A stretch of DNA of 64,000 bases from Flaccisagitta enflata (GCA_965153355.1 OZ231126.1:39432001-39496000), one strand, 5' to 3'. Counted from the stretch's first letter, positions 40,700 to 51,778 are shown. Numbers and translations are program-made. The notes: generated from the letters alone by a model not told the origin.

Positions 40700-42325
40700 G
40701 TCGTTCCCGAGGAAGCGGAGGAGACGTTCCGCAAACTGCGCAAGGCCAACGACAAAGCCATCCGTTACTCGTTACATCGCGAAACCCTTATGAAGTATCT
40801 CGACAAAGATTTGGTACCTCGAGGGCTTCGCATCAATTTAGTTCCGACTATCGGCAATCAAGTCGAGGATTTCGTGACCAAATGGCGCGACACGCTGCAC
40901 AACGCCTCCAAGGGACTCATGGAGCTCATCGTCGAATTCTGCACGAAGGAGGAAGCCAAGCTGAACGTGGAAATCATGAAGCTGCAGGGGAAATTGTACG
41001 ACATGATCAACGACACTCACCAACTGGCGGAGACGAGCAACTTGATCGCCAATTTGAGCGAACGCGCGCGTGAGAGACTGACCCGGCGCAAAGAACGGAA
41101 ACTGGAACGAGACGAAGGCGACATGATGACGGTGCGAGATAATCGGACTGGAGAAGTCATCGCCACCTTGAAGAGTCACAACCCGTTGTTAGATCCACCG
41201 CTTCCGGCCTCAACGCATCAGAAGAGTTACGGCGGCGGCGGCGGTGGTGGCGGTGGCGGAGGTGGCGGTGGTCCGGAGTTGTTTTACGGTGAACCCATCA
41301 CTCCAAATTTCTTCTCTCAACTGCCGCCCCATCTTTCTCATCCCGCCGCTCTTGCTCTTCCTCCTTCCTCTTCTCATCATCAACTTCCTCCTCATCACGC
41401 TTTTCCTCCGCAGTTGCCTTACGTCACGCCTCCGCCGTCGGTGAAAGACGAAAGCGGAAGAGTCAGTATTTCCGAAGACCCAGACGCCGATGCGCTACTA
41501 CAACAACAACAGCTTCAACAACAACAATCGGTAGATCCTGGTGTCGTTGAAAAATCTAAAATGAATCCTAATGCTAAGCCTTTCGAAGTTCCTAAATTCC
41601 AACCATCCCAACAACACCAACAGCACCAACAACATCAACAACAGCAACCGCCAGTGTCGCAGAGTCAAACGTCGGTCGTTCCATCTTCTTCCTCTACTTC
41701 CACTTCTTCGTCTTCTTACATGATTATAAGCCAAGACTTTCCCACGCCCGTGATTGGTGGCGTTTACGTCAACACTAGCTACGCCAGCAATACCGATTTG
41801 TCGTCATCTTACGCCACTGTGGGGACGAATCTTGGCTACGGTACGACGCCCGTTATCCCCTCTGGTGGTGGTGGTGGTGGTGGCGGCGGCGGCGGCGGCG
41901 CTGGAGGCGGTGGAAGTGGCGCACATTTCAGTAGAGATGGTAATCGCGAAAGTGGTGGTAATCGTGGTGGGCGTCAGTACAGAGGTGCCGGCAGTGGCAG
42001 ATTACACGGCGGTCGTGGTGGAGGTGGCGGTGGTGGTGGCAGTGGTGGTGGTAGTTCACACATAAACGGAAACGTCGGTAGAGAGCAGACGGGAGGAAGA
42101 GATGGTGGAAGGTGGGAGTCAAGTGGTGGAAGCGGTGGTGGGCGCGGTGGTAGAGGTGGCGGTGGTGGCTCGGATCATTACCGCGGAGGTGGAAGAGGAG
42201 GAGGTAGAGATCCTGGTACGCCGAGTTCCAGACACAGATCCTCCCAACACAATGTCAACAATGGACTCGGAATCTTGCCAAATGGTTATTCGTCATACGG
42301 CAAGAAACATGGCGCGGCGCACTGA
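40700..42325 (+). CDS. Uncharacterised protein, last exon: Penelope-like retroelement N-terminal-like domain, PAM2-like motif, Gly/RGG tail
   Basis: 541 open codons; RYSLHRETLMKYLDKDLVPRGLRINLVPTIG..FVTKW..LMELIVEFC..RKERKLERDEGD, then SKMNPNAKPFEVP and RGG repeats; TGA ending 42325. Confidence 0.85.
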   Translation, partial: VVPEEAEETFRKLRKANDKAIRYSLHRETLMKYLDKDLVPRGLRINLVPTIGNQVEDFVTKWRDTLHNASKGLMELIVEFCTKEEAKLNVEIMKLQGKLYDMINDTHQLAETSNLIANLSERARERLTRRKERKLERDEGDMMTVRDNRTGEVIATLKSHNPLLDPPLPASTHQKSYGGGGGGGGGGGGGGPELFYGEPITPNFFSQLPPHLSHPAALALPPSSSHHQLPPHHAFPPQLPYVTPPPSVKDESGRVSISEDPDADALLQQQQLQQQQSVDPGVVEKSKMNPNAKPFEVPKFQPSQQHQQHQQHQQQQPPVSQSQTSVVPSSSSTSTSSSSYMIISQDFPTPVIGGVYVNTSYASNTDLSSSYATVGTNLGYGTTPVIPSGGGGGGGGGGGGAGGGGSGAHFSRDGNRESGGNRGGRQYRGAGSGRLHGGRGGGGGGGGSGGGSSHINGNVGREQTGGRDGGRWESSGGSGGGRGGRGGGGGSDHYRGGGRGGGRDPGTPSSRHRSSQHNVNNGLGILPNGYSSYGKKHGAAH

Positions 42326-43824
42326 CAACGTAATGCACCGCAATAACGACGCGGTGTAGCACATTGACAACGTGGAACATCGACAGTGCCTCGTAACAAA
42401 AACGCTGCACAGTGACAGTGCCATGTATTGACAATGTCTTATTGTGGCAAAAGTGTTATGCAATCTCCACTGTTTTCTCTTTCTCCTCCTCCTCCTCCTC
42501 CTCTCCTCCCTCTCCTCCTCTTCACAGTCATCGATTACAGATAATGTCATGAAACGACTTTAACACGAATTAAAAAAAAACTGAAAACGAGTTTCGATGC
42601 AATTTCTTCAAATATTTAATAGATTTTTGTCATCTATGCTTTTTGCTTTTTTTCTGTCTTTTCTTTTTTTTCCCCATAGTCTTTCTCTTTCTTCCTTTTT
42701 TTCTGTAATCAACGGTAAATGCAATTCGTTCTGTTTTTTTAATCATTTTATGAAGTAACTAGAAAGCCTTTAACTTAAAATAAAACTCAAAGAGTTAAGG
42801 AAGGTCATGGTATGTGCAAGATACAGTCGGAAGAAAGAAAAGTGCAGTCTTCAAGCTTTAGGGGCTGATTCTGACTTTTTTTTTGCTACAAAATACTTTT
42901 TACATTTTCTAAATAAAAACTCATCGAGGGAAGGGAGAAAAGAGATGGTCAAAAATTTGAGTGTAAGACATTTTTTGTAACCGGTCTAGTCTTTTCCAGT
43001 CGTCCATGACGTGACATGACGTTTTTGTACAATTTGTAAAAGGAAAATTTAGTTTCGAGTTTGGTTTTGCCTTGTTGTTATTTATCAAAGACTTCTCTCA
43101 TCAAAAAGTCACTATGTATACGTCCAGATGTGTCTCATTGGCCGCCCTTCCCCATGCTTTCACGTCATGCGGCCCGTTAAAACATTTTGTCTGTTTGGAT
43201 GACTCGTGTCAGAAGTCACAATTTTTGGATGGTCTCGCTCAAATGAATAGGTTAAGATTATCTTCAGCGAGTAGATTTATTTTGAAAATTGTTAAAAAGA
43301 ATAACGTATAGTAAAACGGCTAGATATTTGATAAGAGATCATAGCAATTGGACCTATGACATGACGTCTTTATAATGGACGAACATGTTAGTAATATGAA
43401 CACACTTGCCTTCCTTTCCTGCACCATTTTATCATCATGGTGTCAAGATTTTTCCTTTACAAAATTTGCATGTTTAATGTTTTCTACAACAAAATCTTTA
43501 AAACATGAAATACTCACAATTGCTCGTGTGAGCCTGACTAGGGCGATCGTTGTTGATATTCGAGTTTTATATCTAAGTTTTCCTACAATAGGGAAAATTG
43601 TTTTCGCCTCATGATAATTACTGTTGAAACCTCTGTCATAAGTTTCACAAAAAAATTGCTTGATTGACATAAAATGATTGAAAATGAAAAGAGAAAAACT
43701 AACAAACTTGAAAATGTTTGATTTAAAACTTGAAATATTCGATAAAATAGATAAGTAACTGAGAGTTAAGGTTCTTTATCTAGTTTCTGCAAGTCGTTGT
43801 GACCTAATTACCGCAGTTGTTTTT

Positions 43825-44185
43825 AGTCGCGTGCTACGCGACTCTACACCCCTCTTTGTCCGTCGCTCCGTCACACTTTACTTTTTTTGGGGTTTTAGCC
43901 TGTAAGGCCTCACTCCGCCTGCCCAAATGATAGTGACTTAAAATACAGCCCCTGCCCACCTGTAACTGACTGGGGTAGCCGTGAATCCTGCCTTGTTTAG
44001 TCGCGTGTTACGCGACTCTACACCCCACTTTGTCCGTCCGTCGGTTGGTCGGTCCCCACTTAACTTTTTCGACGTTTTTGAGCGTTTTGAGCTCTTAGCT
44101 CCTGCCCAAATTCCCCAATGACCTTTTCTGTCACTGCCCCTGCCCACTTGCACGCGACTAGGGTAGCTGTGTATCCGGCCTTGTT
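43825..44185 (+). mobile_element. Head-to-tail dimer of HINE-like elements
   Basis: Units 43825-43997 and 43999-44185, each AGTCGCGTG..CGCGACTCTACACCC...GCCTTGTT. Confidence 0.75.
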
Positions 44186-44263
44186 TTTTTTATCCAATAA
44201 TATGATCATGCTTTTTTTCTTTTTACCTTTCTTTCCTCTTGTTTTTTATTCTTTCATCCTTTC

Positions 44264-45185
44264 GTAGATCTCCTCTAGACTTGAGATTGTGGAAAAATAA
44301 ATAAAACCAAAGGAGTGATACACAGCGCAATCTGTAGTGATATTAATCCCCTGGGGAATTCCCCGGGGAATCCCCGTGACCATTACTTCTTAAAGTGAAC
44401 CGGGCTTTTTTGAGTAATATCTAAGTTTTATCCCGGGGAATTCCCCGGGGTTTCCCCAGGTAAATCCCCGGGGAAATCCCCTGGGAAATCATCTGTTACA
44501 ACTGTGTTTTTAAGCGAACCGGGCTTTACTGAAGAATATCAAAGTTTAATTCTGGGGAATCCCCCGGGGAATCCCCTGTTACAATTACTCTTTAAAGTGA
44601 ACCGGGCTTTACTGAGAAATATCTAAGTTTAATGCCGGGGAAATGCCCGGGGAAATCCCCGGGGAAATCCCCCATTAAAACTAACTTAACCAATGAATCA
44701 GGGCTTTTCCCCGGGGGACTAATGTCCAGTTTTTCCACTATAGATTACGCTGGTTGCCATGGCAGCACATTTCCAAGTATTCTCACTGAAATATCAATAT
44801 TTTGAAATAGTTTTTGAAGGATCATTGCTCAAAATCACATTCGCTTCAATTTTTGTGCAATATGGTTTGTAAGATTGTTTATTGTTTAGCAGTTGCTAGG
44901 GAGCATCACAAGGTTGTCACACATGGAAACGAGCGATATTCTTACAGAAAATGTAGTTGGAAAGTTTAACCAAATTTTAGCATTTTAATCTATGTTTACA
45001 CAAAAAATCTCTTAAAGTTTAGATATTTAAGCGAGAATACATGAAAATGTATTGTTACAGTCACCAACTATCATGAGCGATAAATGTTTCTTTTATTATC
45101 TTATTTTTCAAATATCAGTCCCTCAGCTTCATTTCTCTTCTTATTTTACTTGCCCCAGTCATCTCAAGTCTAGACGAGATCTACT
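44264..45185. mobile_element. Diverged copy of the 38388 MITE interrupted by a second TIR element (44323-44752)
   Basis: Outer GTAGATCTCnTCTAGACTTGAGAT / ATCTCAAGTCTAGACGAGATCTAC; inner TIR CAGCGyAATCTrTAGTG / CACTATAGATTACGCTG. Confidence 0.8.
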
Positions 45186-45343
45186 TTATCTTTTTTTGTT
45201 TTTTTTTTCTGCCATTTTTCTTGCTCCTTTTCTTTTTCTGTCGTTTTACTTGCTAACTTTTTTCTGTCATTTTACTTGCTAACTATCTCGCTCTATTTCT
45301 CCTTTTTGCTTTTCCTTGCTTATTCTGTCTATCTATTTATCTA

Positions 45344-45432
<89 letters not shown>

Positions 45433-45673
45433 CCGTCGTCATCATCAACATCAATTTTTTATCATCATCACCGGCTTATTGAACAAGCACTCTATCTATC
45501 AAGAAGTATTCTATCAAGTATCTGTTCAAAGCAACAACAAAGTCGTTGAAATATTGATGCCGAGTCAGCAAATTGACACATATTCCGTCGCTTCTTTGTT
45601 AACACACGTGTCTTTACTGCGCAGGTTTTAAGGACAAACTTAACTATCAGACATTGACATGTTTTTAACATTC

Positions 45674-47933
45674 TTAAAAATCAAGATCGTCGTCATTGTC
45701 AAAGAACAAATCGTAAAGTGTAGTCTTGGATTTTGATTCTTTGTTTGTCTTCGATTCGTTCGCGGTTGAACCTGGTGCCGCTGACGCCGCCGAGGCTGAA
45801 GCCGAAGTCTCTGCCGCTGACACTCCTAGCGCGTTATCTGTGGCTTCCGCCGACGTCACCAATGTTTCAGAGTTTGTCCGACTCTTCCTCTTCCTTTTTC
45901 TGAAGACCTCCTTCCGTGGCTTTCTTCCCGGTTCACTTCTACCCGTTGCCACAACTGGCGCCGCCACGGGTACTGTTTCCGCCTCTGTCGCCGTTGGCGG
46001 AACCGCCACCATCCATTTAAGACTACTCTTCTTCCTCCCTTCTCTTTTCTCTCCGTCGGTTTCCGTTCTATTTGCTTTCCCCTTTTCCGTTTGCTGTTGT
46101 TGAACTAACTCGGCGCCGCTCTTTTGTCCATACGTTTTTTTGGGCCCGACGTCGACATGGTCTTTTTGTTGGAAAAAGAATCCCTTCGGCCTAACGTCGA
46201 CGGCAGTGTTGCTTTTTTGTTGATAACACATTTCCTCGTTTCTGACGTTGGTGGCGCTGCGTGGAATAGACCAAGGCTGAGTTTGCTGCAAATGCGTCCC
46301 TAAAAGCGAAGGTTGCGGCGACGAACAAATAATTGGCGCTGGCTGCCGCATGACATCTGTTAACGATGGAATTTCTCCTCTCGGTTGCCGCATCTTATCC
46401 CCCAAGAACGGAATCTCCGCGCCGTCTCTCAAAGCCATGGACGAAAGTTTCAAATCGGCGGCGGAAGAGGGAGCCGTAGAAAACTCCTCACAACTGTCAG
46501 TCTCCTCCGCTTCTTCATCGGTCTCCACCTCACTTTCCTTTTCCTCCTCTCCCCCTTCTCCTTCGTTACCCGCCTCATTCTGCTTAATTCTCTTCCTCTC
46601 CTTCCTATATTCATCACCCTCAAAAACTTTTTCCAGAGGCGAGGCGGAGCTGATTTTGGCTCTAGATTGTTTCGACGGCGGATTCCTGGTTCCCGACTGC
46701 GGCGTCAATGACATGATGGATTCGGAAACTTCTCTGATGGTATCGAGATCGTCCGAAGGCGCGTGATATTCTTCATGAGTTCGATCGTAAGTCATCAGAT
46801 GCAAAGGAGTTACTTCCATCTCACTACCCATCGTCGACATGGAAGAAGTGGTAGAAGTCTTAGAAGCCCGTGATGAGGATGAGATGACGATGAAGAGGTC
46901 TTCGTCCTCGTCTTCTTCCTCGTCTTTGACGACAGCTGCTTCTACCGTCGGTATGGCACCAACGCTTTTCGATCTCGCCTTTCCGTGTTCCAAGATTTCC
47001 CCCGTGGATGATGGTGATGTCGGGGCCATGGGCTCTTTTGGGCTATCGCATGAGGCGTCAATTGAGACCTGGAATTGTGGTTCGCTTCGTTGCTGCAAAA
47101 TCAATGGAGCTTCCTGCGTAGATACATCCTCGTGTTTATCGGAAGGTCTTGGTTCCAGTCTTGGCTCTGGACTGGGTAACCGTGGCTTTTCTTCTTCTGA
47201 TTGTCCATTTATTGCGCCATTAATCGTCGCTTTCACAGTATCTGCTCCATCATTAAACGCAAGTTCATTGGCATTGGGAGCAGTTGATTGTTTGGCAGAC
47301 TGCTCCACTTCAAGGATGGACGGCAATCTCCCATTTTCCTCCATCGGTAAAGGATGAACCAAAGTGTTGCTGGCATCCATTGAAGGCGGAGTCGTCGAAT
47401 CTGCCATCTCAATTTCGACGTCCGCATCTGTGTTGTCCACGATGGCTGCATTGGGAATGGTACCAACATTCGACACAAATCGGTCGTCAATCGCAGCTGA
47501 ACTAAGATCTGCAGCGGCAGCAGCCAAGGTAGCCTTGACATCTAGGCAAGTTATGGTGGCTTTGCTTTCGTGGACAGACAAGGCAGCCTGTATCTCCTGA
47601 GCAGTGACGGTAGGTCTACTACCATTCAAGGCTGCAGATGGGCGATGCTCAGACAAAACTGATGACTGAATTGAAGCAATTGAAGCAGTCTTGGATTCTC
47701 CTCGTTTGCGCTGTTTGGGTGGTTGATCCATCTGTTGGGTGGGATTTTGATCCATCTGTTGGTCGGGGGTTTCATCCATCTGTTGGTTGGGTTGTTGACT
47801 CATCTTTTGTTGGGCCTGTCTCAATTGTTGCAACTTCCATTCAGGGATGCGGACTTGGTTAGGAAGTCGGATAAGCGGCGCTTGATCACGATCTGCTGCT
47901 GCCAATCGATCGCGGCTCAAAGCACGTCCGATT
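45674..47933 (-). CDS. BEST: Bestrophin terminal exon 7 (low-complexity C-terminal tail)
   Basis: ctttcag| phase-2 acceptor links in frame (DIR|IGRALSRDR) across a 112-nt intron; 2260-nt open frame to TAA; total CDS 4884 nt. Confidence 0.8.
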
Positions 47934-47970
47934 CTGAAAGGTCATAACAGCATTTTACACAACAACAACC

Positions 47971-48016
<46 letters not shown>

Positions 48017-48045
48017 CCAACAACAAACAAACAACAACGAGATAC

Positions 48046-49692
48046 CTAATATCCATCGGCTCATGAACGCTGGCATAAGACTGAAAGGATCCTGTTTCCT
48101 TGGACAAGAGCGATCGATGCGGCAGAGAATGAGTCGACTGTGTCGTTTTCGTCGACTTCCGTTTGTTGCTCCAGGCGCCGGATGACGTCGTCGTCGTCGT
48201 GAAAGATGGCTGTTGCTGCAGATGATGTTGTTGACGTTGTTGTTGCTGCGTCATTGTCGCCAGATCCTGGACTGTCACCGAAGTGCTGTCTGGCCGTGCC
48301 AAGCTGTTGGTTTTGTGGCGTTTCTGGCGATGATGATGATGATGTTGATAATAACGTCGATTTCGGTCCGGTGAATCTCCTGACTTTTTGACCGCTTCAC
48401 CAGCGCCTTCTTCTTCTTCCCCTCCTCCATCTAGTTTTCTCCCTCCACTTCCTCTCCCTCGTACAACTCCATCTCTATCTCTCTCTACTTCTTCCTGCGA
48501 GTCGCTGCTGTCGCAACAACTGTGGTAGATCGAGTTATCCTGACTCTTCAAAGAACCTTCGGAGAGCGACAATTCTCTGGCTTTGGTGTACGTCGCCGGT
48601 GACATGACGCTTCTACGCAGCCGCAGCGGCGGCTTTTTGAACATGCAGCACTCGCAACCGTCGCAGCTGCCGCAACAACTCATCAAATTGTTCCATCCTC
48701 TTTTAAAAGGATTCAATCTGAGGCAGTCTCCCGATCGCTTGTATATGACGGGAATTTTGCGAGGTTCTTCTTTGGGCTTAAAGTCTTCCGTTTGAAACAC
48801 GGGTTGGGTTTGAGTTTGCAGTTGAGCCATTTTCGCGGATTTGGCCAAAATGTCCATGGAGTCTTTGTCGAGAGGCGACGCCGCGACGGAGGAAGAAGCG
48901 TCAGTCGCCGATGCCGTCGTCGGATCCCCCGTTGCCAGCGGCATCGTCGTCGTCGTCGTCATTCCTCCGCCAATGACATGTTTATCTAAATGCCGCATGC
49001 GCTTTTCATGTTGTTGTTGCTGCATCTGCATTTGTTGCTGTCGTTGTTGCATTTGTAATTGTTGCTGTTGCAGATGCAGCGTCGTCGCGGCTTGACGCGA
49101 ATGCTGCCGACTCATCGGTTTTTGCAATCCGGCGCGGAAGTTGGAGAAGCGTCGCGTTGACACCGAATCCAAGTTGGCGAACCTCGAAGATCCGCCGGAG
49201 GTCATCGTCGCCCTCGATCCCCGAGTACTAGTCCGCGTGGATAGGAGCGAGCCTTTGGTGCCAGCGACAGATTCCGAACCTCTCCTCAGCGACCCCGTCA
49301 GGACGGAACCCGATCCCACTTTGGGAGGGGGACGACGTTTCATCGTTGCTAAAGGTTTCTTGTTATTCCGAACTTGTTCTTGTTGAGTCTTTGACAATCC
49401 AAAGGCTCGACCGGTTTGCTGACTAGACTCCGCCGTGGTGCCAACTCCTCCTTCCTCTTCCTCCCCTACTCCTCCTCCTTGCTCCTCATCCTCCTCGGGG
49501 ATATCTTTCTCTTTGACGATGAAGCCTTCTTCTTCCTTGACTAGCACTCCCGCCGTAGATCCTTCAAACACGTTGGCCTTTTTGCCGTAAGCGGCCAAAG
49601 TGTAAGGAATTTCCGGAACCTTGTCCCAAAACGCGTCCTTCATCAATTCAGGATGCGCGTTGTGGTAATCGTCAACGATGGCGTAGGATATG
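48046..49692 (-). CDS. BEST: Bestrophin exon 6 (end of conserved region, start of long tail)
   Basis: ISYAIVDDYHNAHPELMKDAFWD..PYT..FEGST matches bestrophin VD..P.L..D.YW..PYT..F.GST; 1647-nt open exon; AG|gtatct. Confidence 0.9.
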
Positions 49693-49910
49693 CTGTGATA
49701 GAAAGGAGAGAGAGAGAGCCAGAGATAGACAGATAGACAGATAGACAGACGCAGCAGCCAGCCAGCCAGATAGACAGATAGACAGACGCAGCGGCAGAGG
49801 AAGAAAGAAAAAGAGTTTGATATTAGCTTACGAAACCAGTCCTGAACCATTCGAAACTGCCAATAAAAGGAGTTTTTATAAAGAGTTTATCCCCATCGAC
49901 AACAACATAC

Positions 49911-50117
49911 CTGATATTTCTTTCGATGTACCAATTGCAGTCAAAATCGTCGTCATTCTCTCCAAATGGATTCATCAAGCCTTCAGCGACTTTGGCCCAA
50001 CCCATGAAGAATAAGAATTGACTGATGGTATAAATGGGGACATAGAAAGGTTCGCTTTGGTAGATTTTATGATCAATACCCCACTCCTCGGCGAGGTGGT
50101 CGGGAATGTGCTGATAA
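49911..50117 (-). CDS. BEST: Bestrophin exon 5 (TM4 and Ca2+ clasp)
   Basis: FYVPIYTISQFLFFMGWAKVAEGLMNPFGENDDDFDCNWYIERNI; catag| and |gtatgt. Confidence 0.95.
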
Positions 50118-50642
50118 CTATGGCAAAATAGAAATAATGCTGTTGTCTCGATTCTAATTACCAGACATTAGTAAACACTAAACAAAACTTATAAAAAAAT
50201 GGTTTAGATTTTTTTTTTGCATTAAAATTCCTTTGATATTTTGTTTTTGTTTTTTGTTTGCATTAGAATTGCCTCAATATTTTTTTTGTTGTGAAAAAAA
50301 AAAACAAAACAAAAAAACAAGTGAAGTAGGGTCACAATATTGTTGCGGACGGGTGGACTGGGGCTTCCAACCCCCATCCACACCCCACACTCCATCCTCC
50401 TAAACCCACATTTACATAAAAAGCATCTAAACACTTGTTTTCCTACTTTTCAACATGTTTCCACGGACTGATGGATCTACGCACTGACGGACCAATGGTC
50501 CAACAGACCAAAGGACGGACCAACGCAACGGTCGGACAAAGCCTCTCATAGAGTTGCATGTCCGCAATTAAAGATAAGAAACACGAGATCAATTTTGCAG
50601 AAGAATGTAAAGCCAAAGTCTTTTTTATTTTGCCATGGTTAC

Positions 50643-50767
50643 GAGAAAAGAATGGACACGAAGAAGACATAGACTGCAAATGTGACGATTTGAGGATAGA
50701 CCAAAGGAATATTAATCCAGTCGTAAGTATGAATGACGCGTTGCTTCTCTCGAAAGTCATTTAATAT
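50643..50767 (-). CDS. BEST: Bestrophin exon 4
   Basis: ILNDFREKQRVIHTYDWINIPLVYPQIVTFAVYVFFVSILFS, cf. YDWISIPLVYTQVVT; cctag| and weak TC|gtaacc donor. Confidence 0.9.
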
Positions 50768-50819
50768 CTAGGAAAGAAAAGAAAAACAGTTGTAAGTTAT
50801 GATGTTGCGTTGCTCATAA

Positions 50820-50958
50820 AACAAGGCCGGATACACGGCCAATACCAGTTGCGGACGGGTGGACAGGGGCGGGAATGCGCGTTCACACTTTTCGACTCGT
50901 GTTCACGGACGGACGGACGGACGGACAAAGGCTCTTATAGAGTTGCGTGTCCGCAACT
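50820..50958 (-). mobile_element. HINE-like element (AGTTGCG subfamily) in bestrophin intron 3
   Basis: Same termini as 24884-25048. Confidence 0.75.
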
Positions 50959-51117
50959 AAAAACCCGAAAATTCATAAATAAACGATGCATGAGAGGAGT
51001 TTTTTTTTCCAATTATGAACAATAACACAGGATAAAACAGACAGTCACTGACAGACACGTACATCTACATCCATACACACACATGCACGGATCCCCTGCC
51101 CCCATACTCACACAAAC

Positions 51118-51188
<71 letters not shown>

Positions 51189-51205
51189 CACACACACACA
51201 CAGAG

Positions 51206-51270
<65 letters not shown>

Positions 51271-51335
51271 AACAAACACACAAAAACACCGACTCAGCCG
51301 CATATGCTTGAGCTCAACTCAGTTCAAAATCCGAC

Positions 51336-51582
51336 CTGCAGAAGTGATTCTGCGTAAAGCTCGTCGGCGATTCTCTTGTCCACTCTCGCTCGATGCACCA
51401 AATTCATGGCCCAAACGATCGGGATCCAATAAGTTCGATGTTGAGTCTGAGATTCCTCGATGATCTCCAACTCGGCCCTCGTCATCATTCCCGAGTCGAC
51501 GATGTGATTGTTAGTCGGGAAGCGCTTCTTTATGGGAACGGAAATGTCCCGGAAGAGGAGGATCAGCGACAAGTTGACGTAA
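51336..51582 (-). CDS. BEST: Bestrophin exon 3 (RFP motif)
   Basis: YVNLSLILLFRDISVPIKKRFPT..GMMT..YWIPIVWA..ESLLQ; |gtcgga. Confidence 0.96.
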
Positions 51583-51742
51583 CTGAAAAAAAAGAGAGGA
51601 TTTATCAAAGGTCTACAGCATCATGCATTAGCAATAACAAAAGCAATAACGTCAACATCAACCACGACAACAACAAACACAACAGGAAATGAAAAGAAAA
51701 AAAAAACAACGAAAAGAAAAGATAAAAAACAACTTCAACAGC

Positions 51743-51774
<32 letters not shown>

Positions 51775-51778
51775 CGGC

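Noticed and set aside
45726-49386. Plus-strand ORFs overlapping bestrophin exons 6-7
   Set aside because: Antisense shadows of a GC-rich coding exon.
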